Assembly: GCA_964626905.1 (NCBI GenBank)
Contig: CAZVHA010000001.1
Coordinates: 65,294-129,293, forward strand
Length of the DNA stretch: 64,000 bases
Reading direction: 5' to 3'
Origin: an uncultured bacterium
GTDB lineage: Bacteria > Chlamydiota > Chlamydiia > Chlamydiales > SM23-39
Part shown: piece by piece, positions 34,506 through 45,427 of the stretch
Numbering within the stretch: position 1 is the stretch's first letter
Layout of the letters: every line of letters starts with the position of its first letter
Made by a program: the position numbers and the translations under genes
The notes under the pieces: model-generated
Databases searched by the model: none
The model's input: only the letters and a program-made list of their open reading frames with translations
Told to the model about the DNA's origin: nothing

Positions 34506-35489
34506 ATGGAAACAGCAATTCTTGAGAAAATGGCCCTTCCCGAGATTTTAGATGGGGAAGACAAAAGTTCCCCATTTATCAACTGCATGCGCAAAACCTA
34601 TAAGCATGTGAGGAAATGGGCGAAAAGGACACATACAAACTGTTTTCGGATCTACGACCGGGAAATGCACCACTATCCCCTCGCCATCGACTACTATGCA
34701 AGTAGGTATTGCATTCAATATTTTACTCCAAATAGGGATGACCTCGAGCCTCCAGAAGATCTGGTTCAAGAAGTGGAAGATGCCCTGAGGAGGCTCTTTG
34801 GAGCAGATTCAAAAAATATCTATTGGCGCAGCCGAATCAAAAGGGCCAAATCGCAACAGTATGAAAAGGCAAATAATCAAAATGAGTTCTTCTCCGTTTT
34901 AGAATATGGGGTTCAATTTAGAATCAATTTAACTGACTATCTCGACACAGGCCTTTTTCTCGACCATAAAGAAACCCGTCAAATCGTCTCCTCTTATGCG
35001 CTGGGAAAAAAAGTTCTCAATCTATTTGCTTACACCTGTTCTTTCAGCGTTCATGCGGCCGTGAAGGGAGCTGCTTTTACAAAAAGCGTCGATATGTCGA
35101 ATACTTATACCGAATGGGGAAAAGAAAACTTTCTTCTCAATGGCATTTCATTAAAAAATCACCCAATCATCCGCGAAGATTGCCTAAAATTTTTGGACCA
35201 AGAAAGGGAAAAATACGATCTGATCATCATCGATCCGCCGACGATCTCTAGATCAAAAAAAATGGATCAGATGTTTGATGTTCAAATCGACTATCCCCAC
35301 CTCATCAGACGCGCTCTTGAGCTCCTCAATCCAGATGGAATCCTGTTTTTTAGCACCAACTCGAGAAAATTCTCATTTGATGAAACTCTATTTCCAACCT
35401 GTAAAATCCAAGAGATTTCCCATAAGACGCTGCCGATCGACTTTCACGATCCAAAAATCCATCGATGCTGGAAAATAGAAAAGTCTTAA
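34506..35489 (+). CDS. rlmK: SAM-dependent 23S rRNA m7G methyltransferase, RlmK-like (stand-alone C-terminal half of RlmKL)
   Basis: 327 aa; 'NLTDYLDTGLFLDHKETR', 'LNLFAYTCSFSV', 'VDMSNTY..W...N', 'DPPT.SRSKKM..MFDVQ.D' follow the RlmK pattern. Confidence 0.75.
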   Translation: METAILEKMALPEILDGEDKSSPFINCMRKTYKHVRKWAKRTHTNCFRIYDREMHHYPLAIDYYASRYCIQYFTPNRDDLEPPEDLVQEVEDALRRLFGADSKNIYWRSRIKRAKSQQYEKANNQNEFFSVLEYGVQFRINLTDYLDTGLFLDHKETRQIVSSYALGKKVLNLFAYTCSFSVHAAVKGAAFTKSVDMSNTYTEWGKENFLLNGISLKNHPIIREDCLKFLDQEREKYDLIIIDPPTISRSKKMDQMFDVQIDYPHLIRRALELLNPDGILFFSTNSRKFSFDETLFPTCKIQEISHKTLPIDFHDPKIHRCWKIEKS

Positions 35490-35545
35490 ATTTTATTCGG
35501 ATAGCAGGTTCTTAGTTGATGAGGTATAAAAGGGGTAAAAACTCG

Positions 35546-36120
35546 ATTGCCACAAAAGGAATCTTCTTTTAGAATCTTCCACTTCTAAAACCCCTTACAA
35601 AGGAGACCCCATGAGCATAGCATCTGTAACACCTTCATCGAATCCTCCTAAAGACCTGCCCTTATTTTGTGTAACTCATTTTGCAGTCCACGGGAAGTGC
35701 GGGGTGGGTGGTGACTTTGCCGCACAGACGGAGATGGGGATTTATCCAGATAGGGCTACCGTTGTCACAAAAATCATGAAATACTCAAGCCTACCTGCCG
35801 GAGTTCAAAAACAACTGGATCCTGTTTTTTCCAAGTCATCGGGATCGGGCAAGAAGACCATGGTTTTGTCTACTTTTGGCCCTACTTTTGATAGAAAAAA
35901 TCTATCCGACCAAGACCGTCAAGAATTCGAGAAGGAATATTCTGATGGATCCTCTTATTATCCTTTCGTTAATCAGGTGACCCAGACGAATACCTGGAAA
36001 ACAGGTGCAAAGAGAAAGCAAATTGCAGAGCTCGTACAGACGGTCACAATGGTTGTAAATCAATGCTTTCCAAATCGGCAAAAAGCAGACTCCAACTCGG
36101 AAGAGAAAGCGAGAAACTAA
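35546..36120 (+). repeat. right copy of diverged direct duplication (upstream region plus 169 aa gene)
   Basis: See the left copy at 30877-31442. Confidence 0.85.
35611..36120 (+). CDS. hypothetical protein, paralog B (169 aa)
   Basis: Paralog of 30942-31442, with the same length class and conserved core and C-terminus (VNQCFPNRQKADSNSEE vs VDQCFPNWQKADSKSEE). Confidence 0.7.
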   Translation: MSIASVTPSSNPPKDLPLFCVTHFAVHGKCGVGGDFAAQTEMGIYPDRATVVTKIMKYSSLPAGVQKQLDPVFSKSSGSGKKTMVLSTFGPTFDRKNLSDQDRQEFEKEYSDGSSYYPFVNQVTQTNTWKTGAKRKQIAELVQTVTMVVNQCFPNRQKADSNSEEKARN

Positions 36121-36132
36121 CTACTTTGCGGC

Positions 36133-38910
36133 TCAATCGGTAGATGCGATTTTATTTTGGATTTCCTTGAGCTGTCTTTGTGTTTGAGAGCGATTTTCTT
36201 CTAATTTTTGCACTACTTGTTCAGGTGCTCTCATTCGAAATTCTTCATTCGCCAGTTTTTGCTGCAAAGAACCGAGGGCATTTTCCAGTTTTTCTCGCTC
36301 TTTTTCAAGTCTTTCTCGCTCTTTTCTTTTCAACGCCTCCGGCATCGGGATCATCAGCTTGTAGGCGCCGACGATTGCCGCCGATCCAAAGAGGGCGGGC
36401 GCTTTTTCGACAAAACTGACCTTCACAGTAGGTGTGAGGGCTGTGACCATCCCTTGATTTTCTTCCAAAAAGATTCTTTTGTCTTTTTCACAACAGACGA
36501 TCAGCTCGGTCTTTTCGGATGGGGGAATCTGCATTTCTGCGCGGATATTGCGCACGCATCGGACCACCTCAAGCACCTCTTGAAACTCTTTTGTCGCCCC
36601 CTCATCATCGCTCCCGATCGGCGTTGGGAAGGGAGAAACCATACATGCGCAAGAAAAAAGCGCCTCGACGACTTCTCTTGTCAATGGATCTCCTTTTTTC
36701 CCTTTAAGGGAAGGAAATTGCATCCGCACTTGGGAAAAAATCTCCTCGGTGATGAAGGGGGCCATCGGGTGCATCAGCCGAATCGCATTCACAAGGACGA
36801 TGACGAGGAGTTTTTGCTTATTTGCTTTCAGCTCCGCCGTTCCCCTTTTCCCAAAAAGGATCGGCTTTGCAAGCTCCACATAATTTGCGCAAAAATCGTT
36901 CCAGTAAAACTCATAGGCGCGGGTTGCTGCCCGATCAAATGCATAATTTGCCAAAGAGTCACTGATTTCGCGGATCGTCCGATGGAGCAGCGATAAAATC
37001 CACCGATCTTCCAAAGTGAAAAGAGTCTCATCCAACCCCTCTTCAAGAGCAGCAGCAGAAAATCCTTCCAAATTCATCAACACAAAGCGGGCGCCATTCC
37101 ACACTTTATTGGCAAAATTTTTATACTCCTCAAACTTTCTCAAATCGAGATCGATCTGCCGCGCATGCGTCGCACTCGCACAAAGAGTGAAGCGGAGCGC
37201 GTCGGTTCCATATTCGTCGATCAATTCCAGTGGATCGATGACGTTCCCCTTCGATTTGGACATTTTTTCCCACTTTGACTCGACCTCTTTGGGCATTTTT
37301 TCTCCGAGATCGTATTTTCGCTTCTCCTCTAAAGAGACATAGTGGGGGCCATGCGCCGTATTGCGCCAATACGACTTGCCGTAAATGAGCCCATGTAAAA
37401 AAGTGTCGTAAAATGGGATTTTACCCATCACATACTCTCCCATGAGGATCATCCGGGCAACCCAAAAAAAGAGGATATCGTGGCCCGTGACGAGGACCGA
37501 TGTGGGATAAAATTTTTTCAGCTCATCGGTCTTTTCTGGCCAGCCAAGAGCGCTAAAGGGCCAAAGAGCCGATGAAAACCAGGTGTCGAGTACATCGGGG
37601 TCTTGCACCCAACTCTCATCGATATTCGGCGGCTCTCCTTCCCCGTCATAGCAAATCATCTGATCGCCCTTATACCAGATCGGGATCCGATGGCCCCACC
37701 AAAGCCCTCGAGAGATGCACCAATCGCGCAAGTTTTCAATCCAATGAAAATAGGTCTGTTCCCAGTGAGGGGGGATCAGGCGCACCCGCTTTTCCTTCAC
37801 TGCTGAGATGAGTTTTTCCTTGAAGGGCCCCATTTTGATGAACCATTGCTTTGAAAGATAGGGTTGAATCACCCCTTTCGAACGATAGGAGATGCCCACT
37901 CTCAACTTATGCGGCTCTTTTTTGACGACGAGCTGTTGCAAGTCTTTCAAAACCGCTTCTCGCGCCTCTTCCATCGCCATTCCCGCATAGGCGCCCTCCA
38001 AAATTTTTCCATCGGGGGTCATGATATTGATCATCGGAAGATGGTGCCTTTGCGCCATTTCAAAATCGTTGAAATCGTGGGCCGGGGTGATTTTGACGGC
38101 GCCCGTTCCAAAATCTGGCTCAACTGCGCCATCGGCGAGGATCGGAATCCGCCTTCCCGTCAAGGGGAGTTCAATTTGTTTCCCAATGAGGCGTTGATAC
38201 CTCTTATCCTTGGGATGGACTGCAACGGCAGTGTCGCCCAACATCGTCTCGGGGCGAGTTGTCGCAATCGTCAAAGAACCCCCTCCCACAATGGGATAGG
38301 AAATGTGCCATAAAAACGAATCTTTTTCCTCGTGCTCTACCTCATCATCGGAAAGGGCTGTTTGGGCAATCGGATCCCAATTGACGAGATAATCGCCCCG
38401 GTAGATAAGCCCATCGTCAAACATTTTTTTGAAAACGGTCTTGACTGCCCTATTGCATCCGGCGTCCATGGTGAACCTGAGCCTCGACCAATCGCAAGAG
38501 CAGCCGAGCTTTTTCAGCTGGCCTAGGATCTGCCCTTCGCATTTTTCTTTCCACTCCCAGACATGCGCCAAAAACTCTTCCCTTGAAAATTCTTTTCGCC
38601 TCTTGCCCGTTTTGAGAAATAGGTTTTTTTCAACGACCCCTTGTGTCGCAATGCCCGCATGATCAGTCCCCGGAACCCAGAGCACTTCAAATCCGGACAT
38701 CCTTTTCCAGCGGATTAAAATGTCTTGCAAAGTGTCGACAAGGGCGTGGCCCATGTGCAAAGTGCCTGTCACATTGGGCGGGGGGATCACGATAGAAAAG
38801 GGCTTATTTTCAGAATGGGGATCGGCTTTTAAAAGGCCCTTTTGTTCCCAAAAATGGATCCATTTCTCTTCGATGAGTTTGGGATCAAAAGCTTTTGGGA
38901 TTTCACTCAT
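36133..38910 (-). CDS. valS: valine--tRNA ligase
   Basis: HIGH (PPNVTGTLHMGHA) and KMSKS motifs, plus a C-terminal coiled coil. ATG 38910 (MSEIPKAFDP) is preferred over the ORF-track start at 38949. Confidence 0.96.
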   Translation of the reverse strand: MSEIPKAFDPKLIEEKWIHFWEQKGLLKADPHSENKPFSIVIPPPNVTGTLHMGHALVDTLQDILIRWKRMSGFEVLWVPGTDHAGIATQGVVEKNLFLKTGKRRKEFSREEFLAHVWEWKEKCEGQILGQLKKLGCSCDWSRLRFTMDAGCNRAVKTVFKKMFDDGLIYRGDYLVNWDPIAQTALSDDEVEHEEKDSFLWHISYPIVGGGSLTIATTRPETMLGDTAVAVHPKDKRYQRLIGKQIELPLTGRRIPILADGAVEPDFGTGAVKITPAHDFNDFEMAQRHHLPMINIMTPDGKILEGAYAGMAMEEAREAVLKDLQQLVVKKEPHKLRVGISYRSKGVIQPYLSKQWFIKMGPFKEKLISAVKEKRVRLIPPHWEQTYFHWIENLRDWCISRGLWWGHRIPIWYKGDQMICYDGEGEPPNIDESWVQDPDVLDTWFSSALWPFSALGWPEKTDELKKFYPTSVLVTGHDILFFWVARMILMGEYVMGKIPFYDTFLHGLIYGKSYWRNTAHGPHYVSLEEKRKYDLGEKMPKEVESKWEKMSKSKGNVIDPLELIDEYGTDALRFTLCASATHARQIDLDLRKFEEYKNFANKVWNGARFVLMNLEGFSAAALEEGLDETLFTLEDRWILSLLHRTIREISDSLANYAFDRAATRAYEFYWNDFCANYVELAKPILFGKRGTAELKANKQKLLVIVLVNAIRLMHPMAPFITEEIFSQVRMQFPSLKGKKGDPLTREVVEALFSCACMVSPFPTPIGSDDEGATKEFQEVLEVVRCVRNIRAEMQIPPSEKTELIVCCEKDKRIFLEENQGMVTALTPTVKVSFVEKAPALFGSAAIVGAYKLMIPMPEALKRKERERLEKEREKLENALGSLQQKLANEEFRMRAPEQVVQKLEENRSQTQRQLKEIQNKIASTD

Positions 38911-41395
38911 GGCCAGGCAGTTTAGCAGATTTTGGATTTCTTGGCACACAGCGATAAAAGAGATCGATTTGCCTGTGGAGCTCCTTTTTCTCCCACCAAA
39001 AGGCCTGCTCCATCCACCCCTCTTCGAGCCGCGAAGTGAGAAACAGACTCGGCAGCGCCGTCGTCGGGGGATAGGGGGTTTCCAAAACGGAGTTGAAATG
39101 GCGCATCGCCGCCTCTTTCCCTTGCGTCATGTAGAGAAAGGTGCCGTAGGGGAAGTGCAGAGGGGAAGTCTCTTGCGAGCGGGCCTCGGGATACTGCTCA
39201 AAAAGGGCTTTTGCCTCGCTCAATTTGCCGCTCAAAAGGAGATTCCAGGCGACGAGTGTTTTTTTCTTGTTCGCTTTTTTTGGCAAAAACTTTTGCAGCG
39301 CGTCTTTTGCCTCGAGCTCTTGCAAGCAGACGAGGGCGTTGTTGAAGAGCACCTCATCCTCTTTGACACTTGCAGCCAACTCGATGAGAATAGGGATTTT
39401 GGCCAGCCAAAATGCGAGTTGGATCGCAATGGAAAGGGTCCGATTGTCTGACTTTTGGATGAAGGGCAAAGACTCCCAATTTTTCTCCAAACTGTCGATT
39501 AGATGGCAGGTGTCGGGATTTTCAAAAAGGTCTGGAATGTGTCGAATGGCGAGCAAGATGATCCGATAAGCCGACTCGCGGCTCACGAGAGAGCTTTCGT
39601 GCATTCGATAGACGATGTGCTCTTTGAGCATCGGCAAAAGGGGGTGATTGGGAAACTTTCTCAAGGCGAGCTCCAAACATTTTGCCTCCTCTTCCACATC
39701 GCCCAGTTCTTTGTAGACGAGTGACTTGCCGAGGTATTCTAAGGGGGCTCCTGGCGTTCGGTAGAGCTTTTCAAACTCCTTCAAAGCCAAATGGTAGAGG
39801 TGATCATTTTGTTCAAAGCGCCCCTTTTCGATGAGGGTGAGCCCCGCGCGAAAAAGTGCTTCGCGCCCCTCCATTCTTCCGGGAAAAGACTGGCCGATTT
39901 TTCGGTATTCGCTCAAGGCGGTGTCGTAGAGTTTGAGGCTTAAAAAGGCGTTCGGCACGGCAAGACAGCCGACCATTGCGTTGTGGCTCGCGTCGAAGAT
40001 TTTGAAATTTTTGATCTGAAAATGGCCATCTTTGTGGAGAAGTCCGACGCGACTGCCTGCAAAGGGAAGATGGCTCGAAAAGGCAAGTTTTAGTTTGCCG
40101 TCGATGAACACTTTGAGGTGATCGTCAATTTTTTCAATGGCGATTTTATAGTTTAATTTCGGTTCTGCGATTTTCGTTTCCAAAAGGAGGACATTGTTGC
40201 GAAAGAGCTTGCAATCGCTATGGCCGACCCAGATGCAATACCCCTCTTCGAGATGGCGGCTCAAATCGGGCACATTGAGTAAAAATCCGACACCACTTCC
40301 CTTTTTCTCGAGGAAAAGATCGGCGCTGAGGCGCAAATTGCTGGCGAATTCACTTTTCGAAATCATCATCGCCGCCCACTCGGTCACATCGAGACTTCTC
40401 GTGATGGCGATGTTTTTGGCAAGGAGAACATTTTCTTGGAGCATCCAGTCGCTTTTCCGATCGGGCTTGAGCTCTGTCGCTAAAACCCAAAGGGGCTTGC
40501 CCTCGATGTAGTTTTTAATCTCGCGGATCAACTCCTCCGCAGTTTTATAGCGGGTTTTGGGAGATTTTGCCAAACAGCGGCGGCATACCTCTGAGAGTTG
40601 GAGCGGGATATCGCGATACGGGGCAAGTTCAATGGGGTCGGTGAGCTCTTCCGTAGGGACGCTTTTTCGAAAGGCAGCTAAATTTTTTCTTTGAAAGGGG
40701 AGCTCTAAGGTGAGCATCTGATAGAGGATGACTCCGAGGGCGTAAAGGTCGGTTTGAACCGAAGAGGATTTCCCCAAAAGCCTTTCGGGTGCCATGTAGG
40801 CGAGGGTCCCGGTGATTTTGCCTGGCCGGGTCAAATTTCCCCCGAATGCTTTTTCTTTGCCGCCGATCTCTTCATCGCCGATCTGATCGATAAAATCGGC
40901 AATGCCCCAATCGAGAATCATTACCTCGCCATATTTTCCGATGATGATGTTTTCGGGCTTCAAATCGCGGTGCAAAATCCCCTTCGAATGGGTGTAGGCA
41001 ACCGCCTCGCAGACCTGGAGGAAAATGCGGACCAAAGAGGGGATTGAGTTGCGCACGGGGTGGAGTTCTCCCTTGTTGGAGCGCAAGATTTGGCGCAGGG
41101 TCATCCCCTCGACAAAAGGCATGGTGTAGTAGATGTCTGGAGGAGCTGTCTGAATCGATAAAATAGGGACGATCGAAGGGTGGCTGAGGGCACTTGCCAC
41201 TTCAGCCTCCCTCAAAAACCGACTCTGAATGGTTTTACTCTCTTTGAGTTCTGGCCGAACCCGCTTCAGGGCGATATGGCGGCCACAAATGGGATCTTTT
41301 GCGAGATAGACCTCGCCCATCCCCCCCTTGCCCAGGCTCTGGACAATGGAGTAAGGCCCCACACTTTCTGGCAATTTTTGCTCAAGTTTACCCAT
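38903..41395 (-). CDS. pknD: Ser/Thr protein kinase PknD-like with large C-terminal non-kinase region
   Basis: 830 aa with Hanks kinase motifs GKGGMGEVY, ALK, HRDLKPEN, DWG and APE. It lies immediately upstream of valS, as in Chlamydia. Its stop overlaps the valS start by 8 nt. Confidence 0.9.
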   Translation of the reverse strand: MGKLEQKLPESVGPYSIVQSLGKGGMGEVYLAKDPICGRHIALKRVRPELKESKTIQSRFLREAEVASALSHPSIVPILSIQTAPPDIYYTMPFVEGMTLRQILRSNKGELHPVRNSIPSLVRIFLQVCEAVAYTHSKGILHRDLKPENIIIGKYGEVMILDWGIADFIDQIGDEEIGGKEKAFGGNLTRPGKITGTLAYMAPERLLGKSSSVQTDLYALGVILYQMLTLELPFQRKNLAAFRKSVPTEELTDPIELAPYRDIPLQLSEVCRRCLAKSPKTRYKTAEELIREIKNYIEGKPLWVLATELKPDRKSDWMLQENVLLAKNIAITRSLDVTEWAAMMISKSEFASNLRLSADLFLEKKGSGVGFLLNVPDLSRHLEEGYCIWVGHSDCKLFRNNVLLLETKIAEPKLNYKIAIEKIDDHLKVFIDGKLKLAFSSHLPFAGSRVGLLHKDGHFQIKNFKIFDASHNAMVGCLAVPNAFLSLKLYDTALSEYRKIGQSFPGRMEGREALFRAGLTLIEKGRFEQNDHLYHLALKEFEKLYRTPGAPLEYLGKSLVYKELGDVEEEAKCLELALRKFPNHPLLPMLKEHIVYRMHESSLVSRESAYRIILLAIRHIPDLFENPDTCHLIDSLEKNWESLPFIQKSDNRTLSIAIQLAFWLAKIPILIELAASVKEDEVLFNNALVCLQELEAKDALQKFLPKKANKKKTLVAWNLLLSGKLSEAKALFEQYPEARSQETSPLHFPYGTFLYMTQGKEAAMRHFNSVLETPYPPTTALPSLFLTSRLEEGWMEQAFWWEKKELHRQIDLFYRCVPRNPKSAKLPGHE

Positions 41396-41476
41396 TTTCA
41401 GGTTCGTTCATGCCACATTTGCCACAAAATCGCTAGGGAAAAGTTTTAAAAAAATAGAAAAATCTCTACAATCTAG

Positions 41477-42849
<1,373 letters not shown>

Positions 42850-42892
42850 CGATTTTTCCTTTTTAAACAACCATAGCACATTTTTGCTGTAC

Positions 42893-42922
42893 TTGACAAA
42901 CGACCTTAGAACACAATATATA
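42893..42922 (+). promoter_or_regulatory. candidate strong sigma70-type promoter reading into the palindrome and DUF2147 gene
   Basis: TTGACA (42893-42898), an 18 nt spacer, then TATATA (42917-42922). Confidence 0.4.
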
Positions 42923-42963
42923 AAAATTGATTTACCAAGGTTGGTGCTATGCGAAAATGGGCT

Positions 42964-43136
42964 TATACACAAACTACCTCAAGAATCGGGAATATGCCAA
43001 GGAGGCGCCCTGAATTTGGACCAGGCTTTGCGGCGCCGAAGCAGCTAAACTTAAAAAGTTTAGTGATGCAGGCGGGATCAAATTCAGTGGCTGTCCGACG
43101 CCGGCAGAAACCGATTCTTGAGGTAGTTTGTGTATA
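42964..43136. repeat. 173 bp imperfect palindrome closed by a perfect 26 bp stem
   Basis: TATACACAAACTACCTCAAGAATCGG (42964-42989) is the exact reverse complement of 43111-43136. Inner matches include CTGAATTT/AAATTCAG and the apical CTAAACTT-AAA-AAGTTTAG (43045-43063). Confidence 0.9.
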
Positions 43137-43614
43137 TCTTTTCCTTCTTCTGGCGACATTTGCAATGGGTGCAGAAGAGATTGGGGGATTTTGGAAAAGT
43201 TATGATGATAACGGGACACCTCAATGCATTTTTGGGGTCTACGAACATGACGGGATCTATTATGGGCGGATTATCGGGACCTATGATGACGATGGAAAAA
43301 TGACCGATACGATTTACCATCCGACGAAAAGGGCTGAAGGGGTGGTTGGCAATCCCCACACTTGTGGGCTCGACATCGTCTATAATTTGCAAGATGGGGG
43401 ATCCACTTATGATGGGAAAATCATCGATCCTTCGAAGGGGAAAACGTACAACTGTTCTATGTGGAAGCAAGGGGAATACCTGATTTTGCGCGGGAAACTG
43501 TTTATTTTTGGGAAAAATATCACCTGGTATCCGGCGAGCAAAACCGATTTTCCAAAAGGGTTTAAATTGCCCGACATGAAGAAATTTAAACCATCGATCC
43601 CGCAAGTGAATTAA
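43066..43614 (+). CDS. DUF2147-family exported protein
   Basis: 'GFWKSYDD....I..VYE.DG.YYGRI', 'YDGKIIDPSKGKTY' and 'L.LRG' fit DUF2147. ATG 43066 gives a plausible signal peptide (RRRQKPILEVVCVYLFLLLATFAMG). Earlier in-frame ATGs at 42949 and 42994 are possible. Confidence 0.7.
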   Translation: MQAGSNSVAVRRRQKPILEVVCVYLFLLLATFAMGAEEIGGFWKSYDDNGTPQCIFGVYEHDGIYYGRIIGTYDDDGKMTDTIYHPTKRAEGVVGNPHTCGLDIVYNLQDGGSTYDGKIIDPSKGKTYNCSMWKQGEYLILRGKLFIFGKNITWYPASKTDFPKGFKLPDMKKFKPSIPQVN

Positions 43615-43618
43615 AACC

Positions 43619-45427
43619 ATGGCAAAAAAATACGACGAAGCGGCCATTCAATCCCTCGATGCGCTGACCCACATTCGCTTAAGACCGGGGATGTACATCG
43701 GCAGGCTTGGCAATGGCTCTCATCCCGATGATGGGATCTATGTGATGATCAAGGAGATCATCGACAACGCAGTCGATGAGTTCATCATGGGCAACGGCTC
43801 CAAAATCCAAATTGAGCTCGATGAAAAAACAGCGACGGTGCGGGTGCGCGATTTTGGAAGGGGAATTCCCCTTGGAAAGATGATCGAATGCGTCAGTCAA
43901 ATCAACACGGGCGCCAAGTACAACGATGAGGTCTTTCAATTTTCGGTCGGCCTCAATGGCGTTGGGACAAAAGCGGTCAATGCCCTCTCGTCGCACTTTG
44001 TCGTAGAGAGTTTTCGGGATGGCCAGTTTGCCTACGCCCGTTTTGTCAAGGGAGTGTTGAAGGAAAAAAAGAAGGGCAAATCAGGGGAAAAGACGGGAAC
44101 TTTTGTCGAATTTACTCCCGATGAAGCCATTTTTAAAAAGTTTGCCTTTCAAAAAGAGCTGATCGTCAAGCGGCTTTGGCATTACGCCTATCTCAATACG
44201 GGACTTGAGCTGATTTTCAACAAGGAAAAAATTCGCTCCGAAAATGGCCTCTTGGATCTGTTGAATGCCGAGCTCAAAGAGGATAGGCTCTATGAGCCGC
44301 TCCATTATAAGGGCAAGGGGCTCGAATTTGCTTTTTTGCACTCGACGAGTTACGGCGAAACCTATTTTTCTTTTGTCAATGGGCAATATACGCAAGATGG
44401 CGGGAGTCACCTTTCGGCATTCAAAGAGGGAATTTTAAAGGGGATCAACGACTACGCGAAGAAGAACTTTCAGGGGATCGATGTGCGCGAGGGGATCGTC
44501 GGGGCGATTCTCGTCAAAGTGAAAGAGCCCGTTTTTGAATCGCAAACCAAAAATAAGCTCTCCAACATTGAGATTCGCGCTCCCTTGGTGCAAGAGGTCA
44601 ACCAAGCCGTCCAAAATCTCCTATATAAGAATGAAGAGATTGCAAAAAAGATCATCGAGCGGATCCATTTCAATGAGAGATTGAGAAAAGAGCTTGCCGC
44701 GGTTAAAAAAGAGGCGAAAGAAAAGCAAAAAAAGATCTCCTTCAAAATCCCAAAGCTGCGCGATTCAAAATACCACTTTGGTGACGGGAGCAAAGAGGGG
44801 GAAAAGACAGTCATTTTTCTCACGGAAGGAGAATCGGCTTCCGCCTCGATCGTCATGAGTCGCGATCCCCTTTACCAAGCGGTCTTTTCTTTGAGGGGAA
44901 AACCGATGAACGTCCACGGGATGAAACTCGATCAACTCTATAAAAACGAAGAGATGTACAACTTGATGTCGGCCCTTAACATCGAAGAGGACCTTGCCAA
45001 TTTGCGCTACCAAAAAGTGATTTTGGCAACCGATGCAGACGTTGACGGGATGCACATTCGCAATCTCCTCATCACCTTCTTTTTAACCTATTTTGAATCG
45101 CTCGTTTTAAATGGGCACTTGCATATCCTCGAAACGCCCCTTTTCAAAGTGCGCAATAAAGAAAAGACGCTCTACTGCTACTCCGAAGAGGAAAAGAAGA
45201 AAGCGGCTGAGCTGTTAAAAAGAGGGGTGGAAATCACCCGGTTCAAAGGGTTGGGAGAGATTTCGCCAGATGAGTTTAAGCAATTTATCGGCAAAGAGAT
45301 CCGGTTAATTCCAGTGATGGTGGAGCACATTTCCGATATCAAACCCACTTTGGAATTTTACATGGGGAAAAATACGCCCCAAAGAAAGGGATTTATCATG
45401 GAGAACTTGGTGGGCGAAAATGGATGA
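43619..45427 (+). CDS. parE: type IIA topoisomerase subunit B (ParE / chlamydial GyrB_2-type)
   Basis: 602 aa with GHKL ATPase motifs (IIDNAVDE, GLNGVG), Toprim EGESA and DADVDG. It is shorter than canonical GyrB. Confidence 0.9.
   Translation: MAKKYDEAAIQSLDALTHIRLRPGMYIGRLGNGSHPDDGIYVMIKEIIDNAVDEFIMGNGSKIQIELDEKTATVRVRDFGRGIPLGKMIECVSQINTGAKYNDEVFQFSVGLNGVGTKAVNALSSHFVVESFRDGQFAYARFVKGVLKEKKKGKSGEKTGTFVEFTPDEAIFKKFAFQKELIVKRLWHYAYLNTGLELIFNKEKIRSENGLLDLLNAELKEDRLYEPLHYKGKGLEFAFLHSTSYGETYFSFVNGQYTQDGGSHLSAFKEGILKGINDYAKKNFQGIDVREGIVGAILVKVKEPVFESQTKNKLSNIEIRAPLVQEVNQAVQNLLYKNEEIAKKIIERIHFNERLRKELAAVKKEAKEKQKKISFKIPKLRDSKYHFGDGSKEGEKTVIFLTEGESASASIVMSRDPLYQAVFSLRGKPMNVHGMKLDQLYKNEEMYNLMSALNIEEDLANLRYQKVILATDADVDGMHIRNLLITFFLTYFESLVLNGHLHILETPLFKVRNKEKTLYCYSEEEKKKAAELLKRGVEITRFKGLGEISPDEFKQFIGKEIRLIPVMVEHISDIKPTLEFYMGKNTPQRKGFIMENLVGENG

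Noticed and set aside
30877-36120. Island as a prophage, IS or integrative element
   Set aside because: I identified no integrase, transposase, recombinase, phage structural gene or flanking tRNA. The only repeats are the diverged gene duplication and the 59 bp repeat. I therefore report it as a compositionally distinct island of unknown mechanism, not as a defined mobile element.
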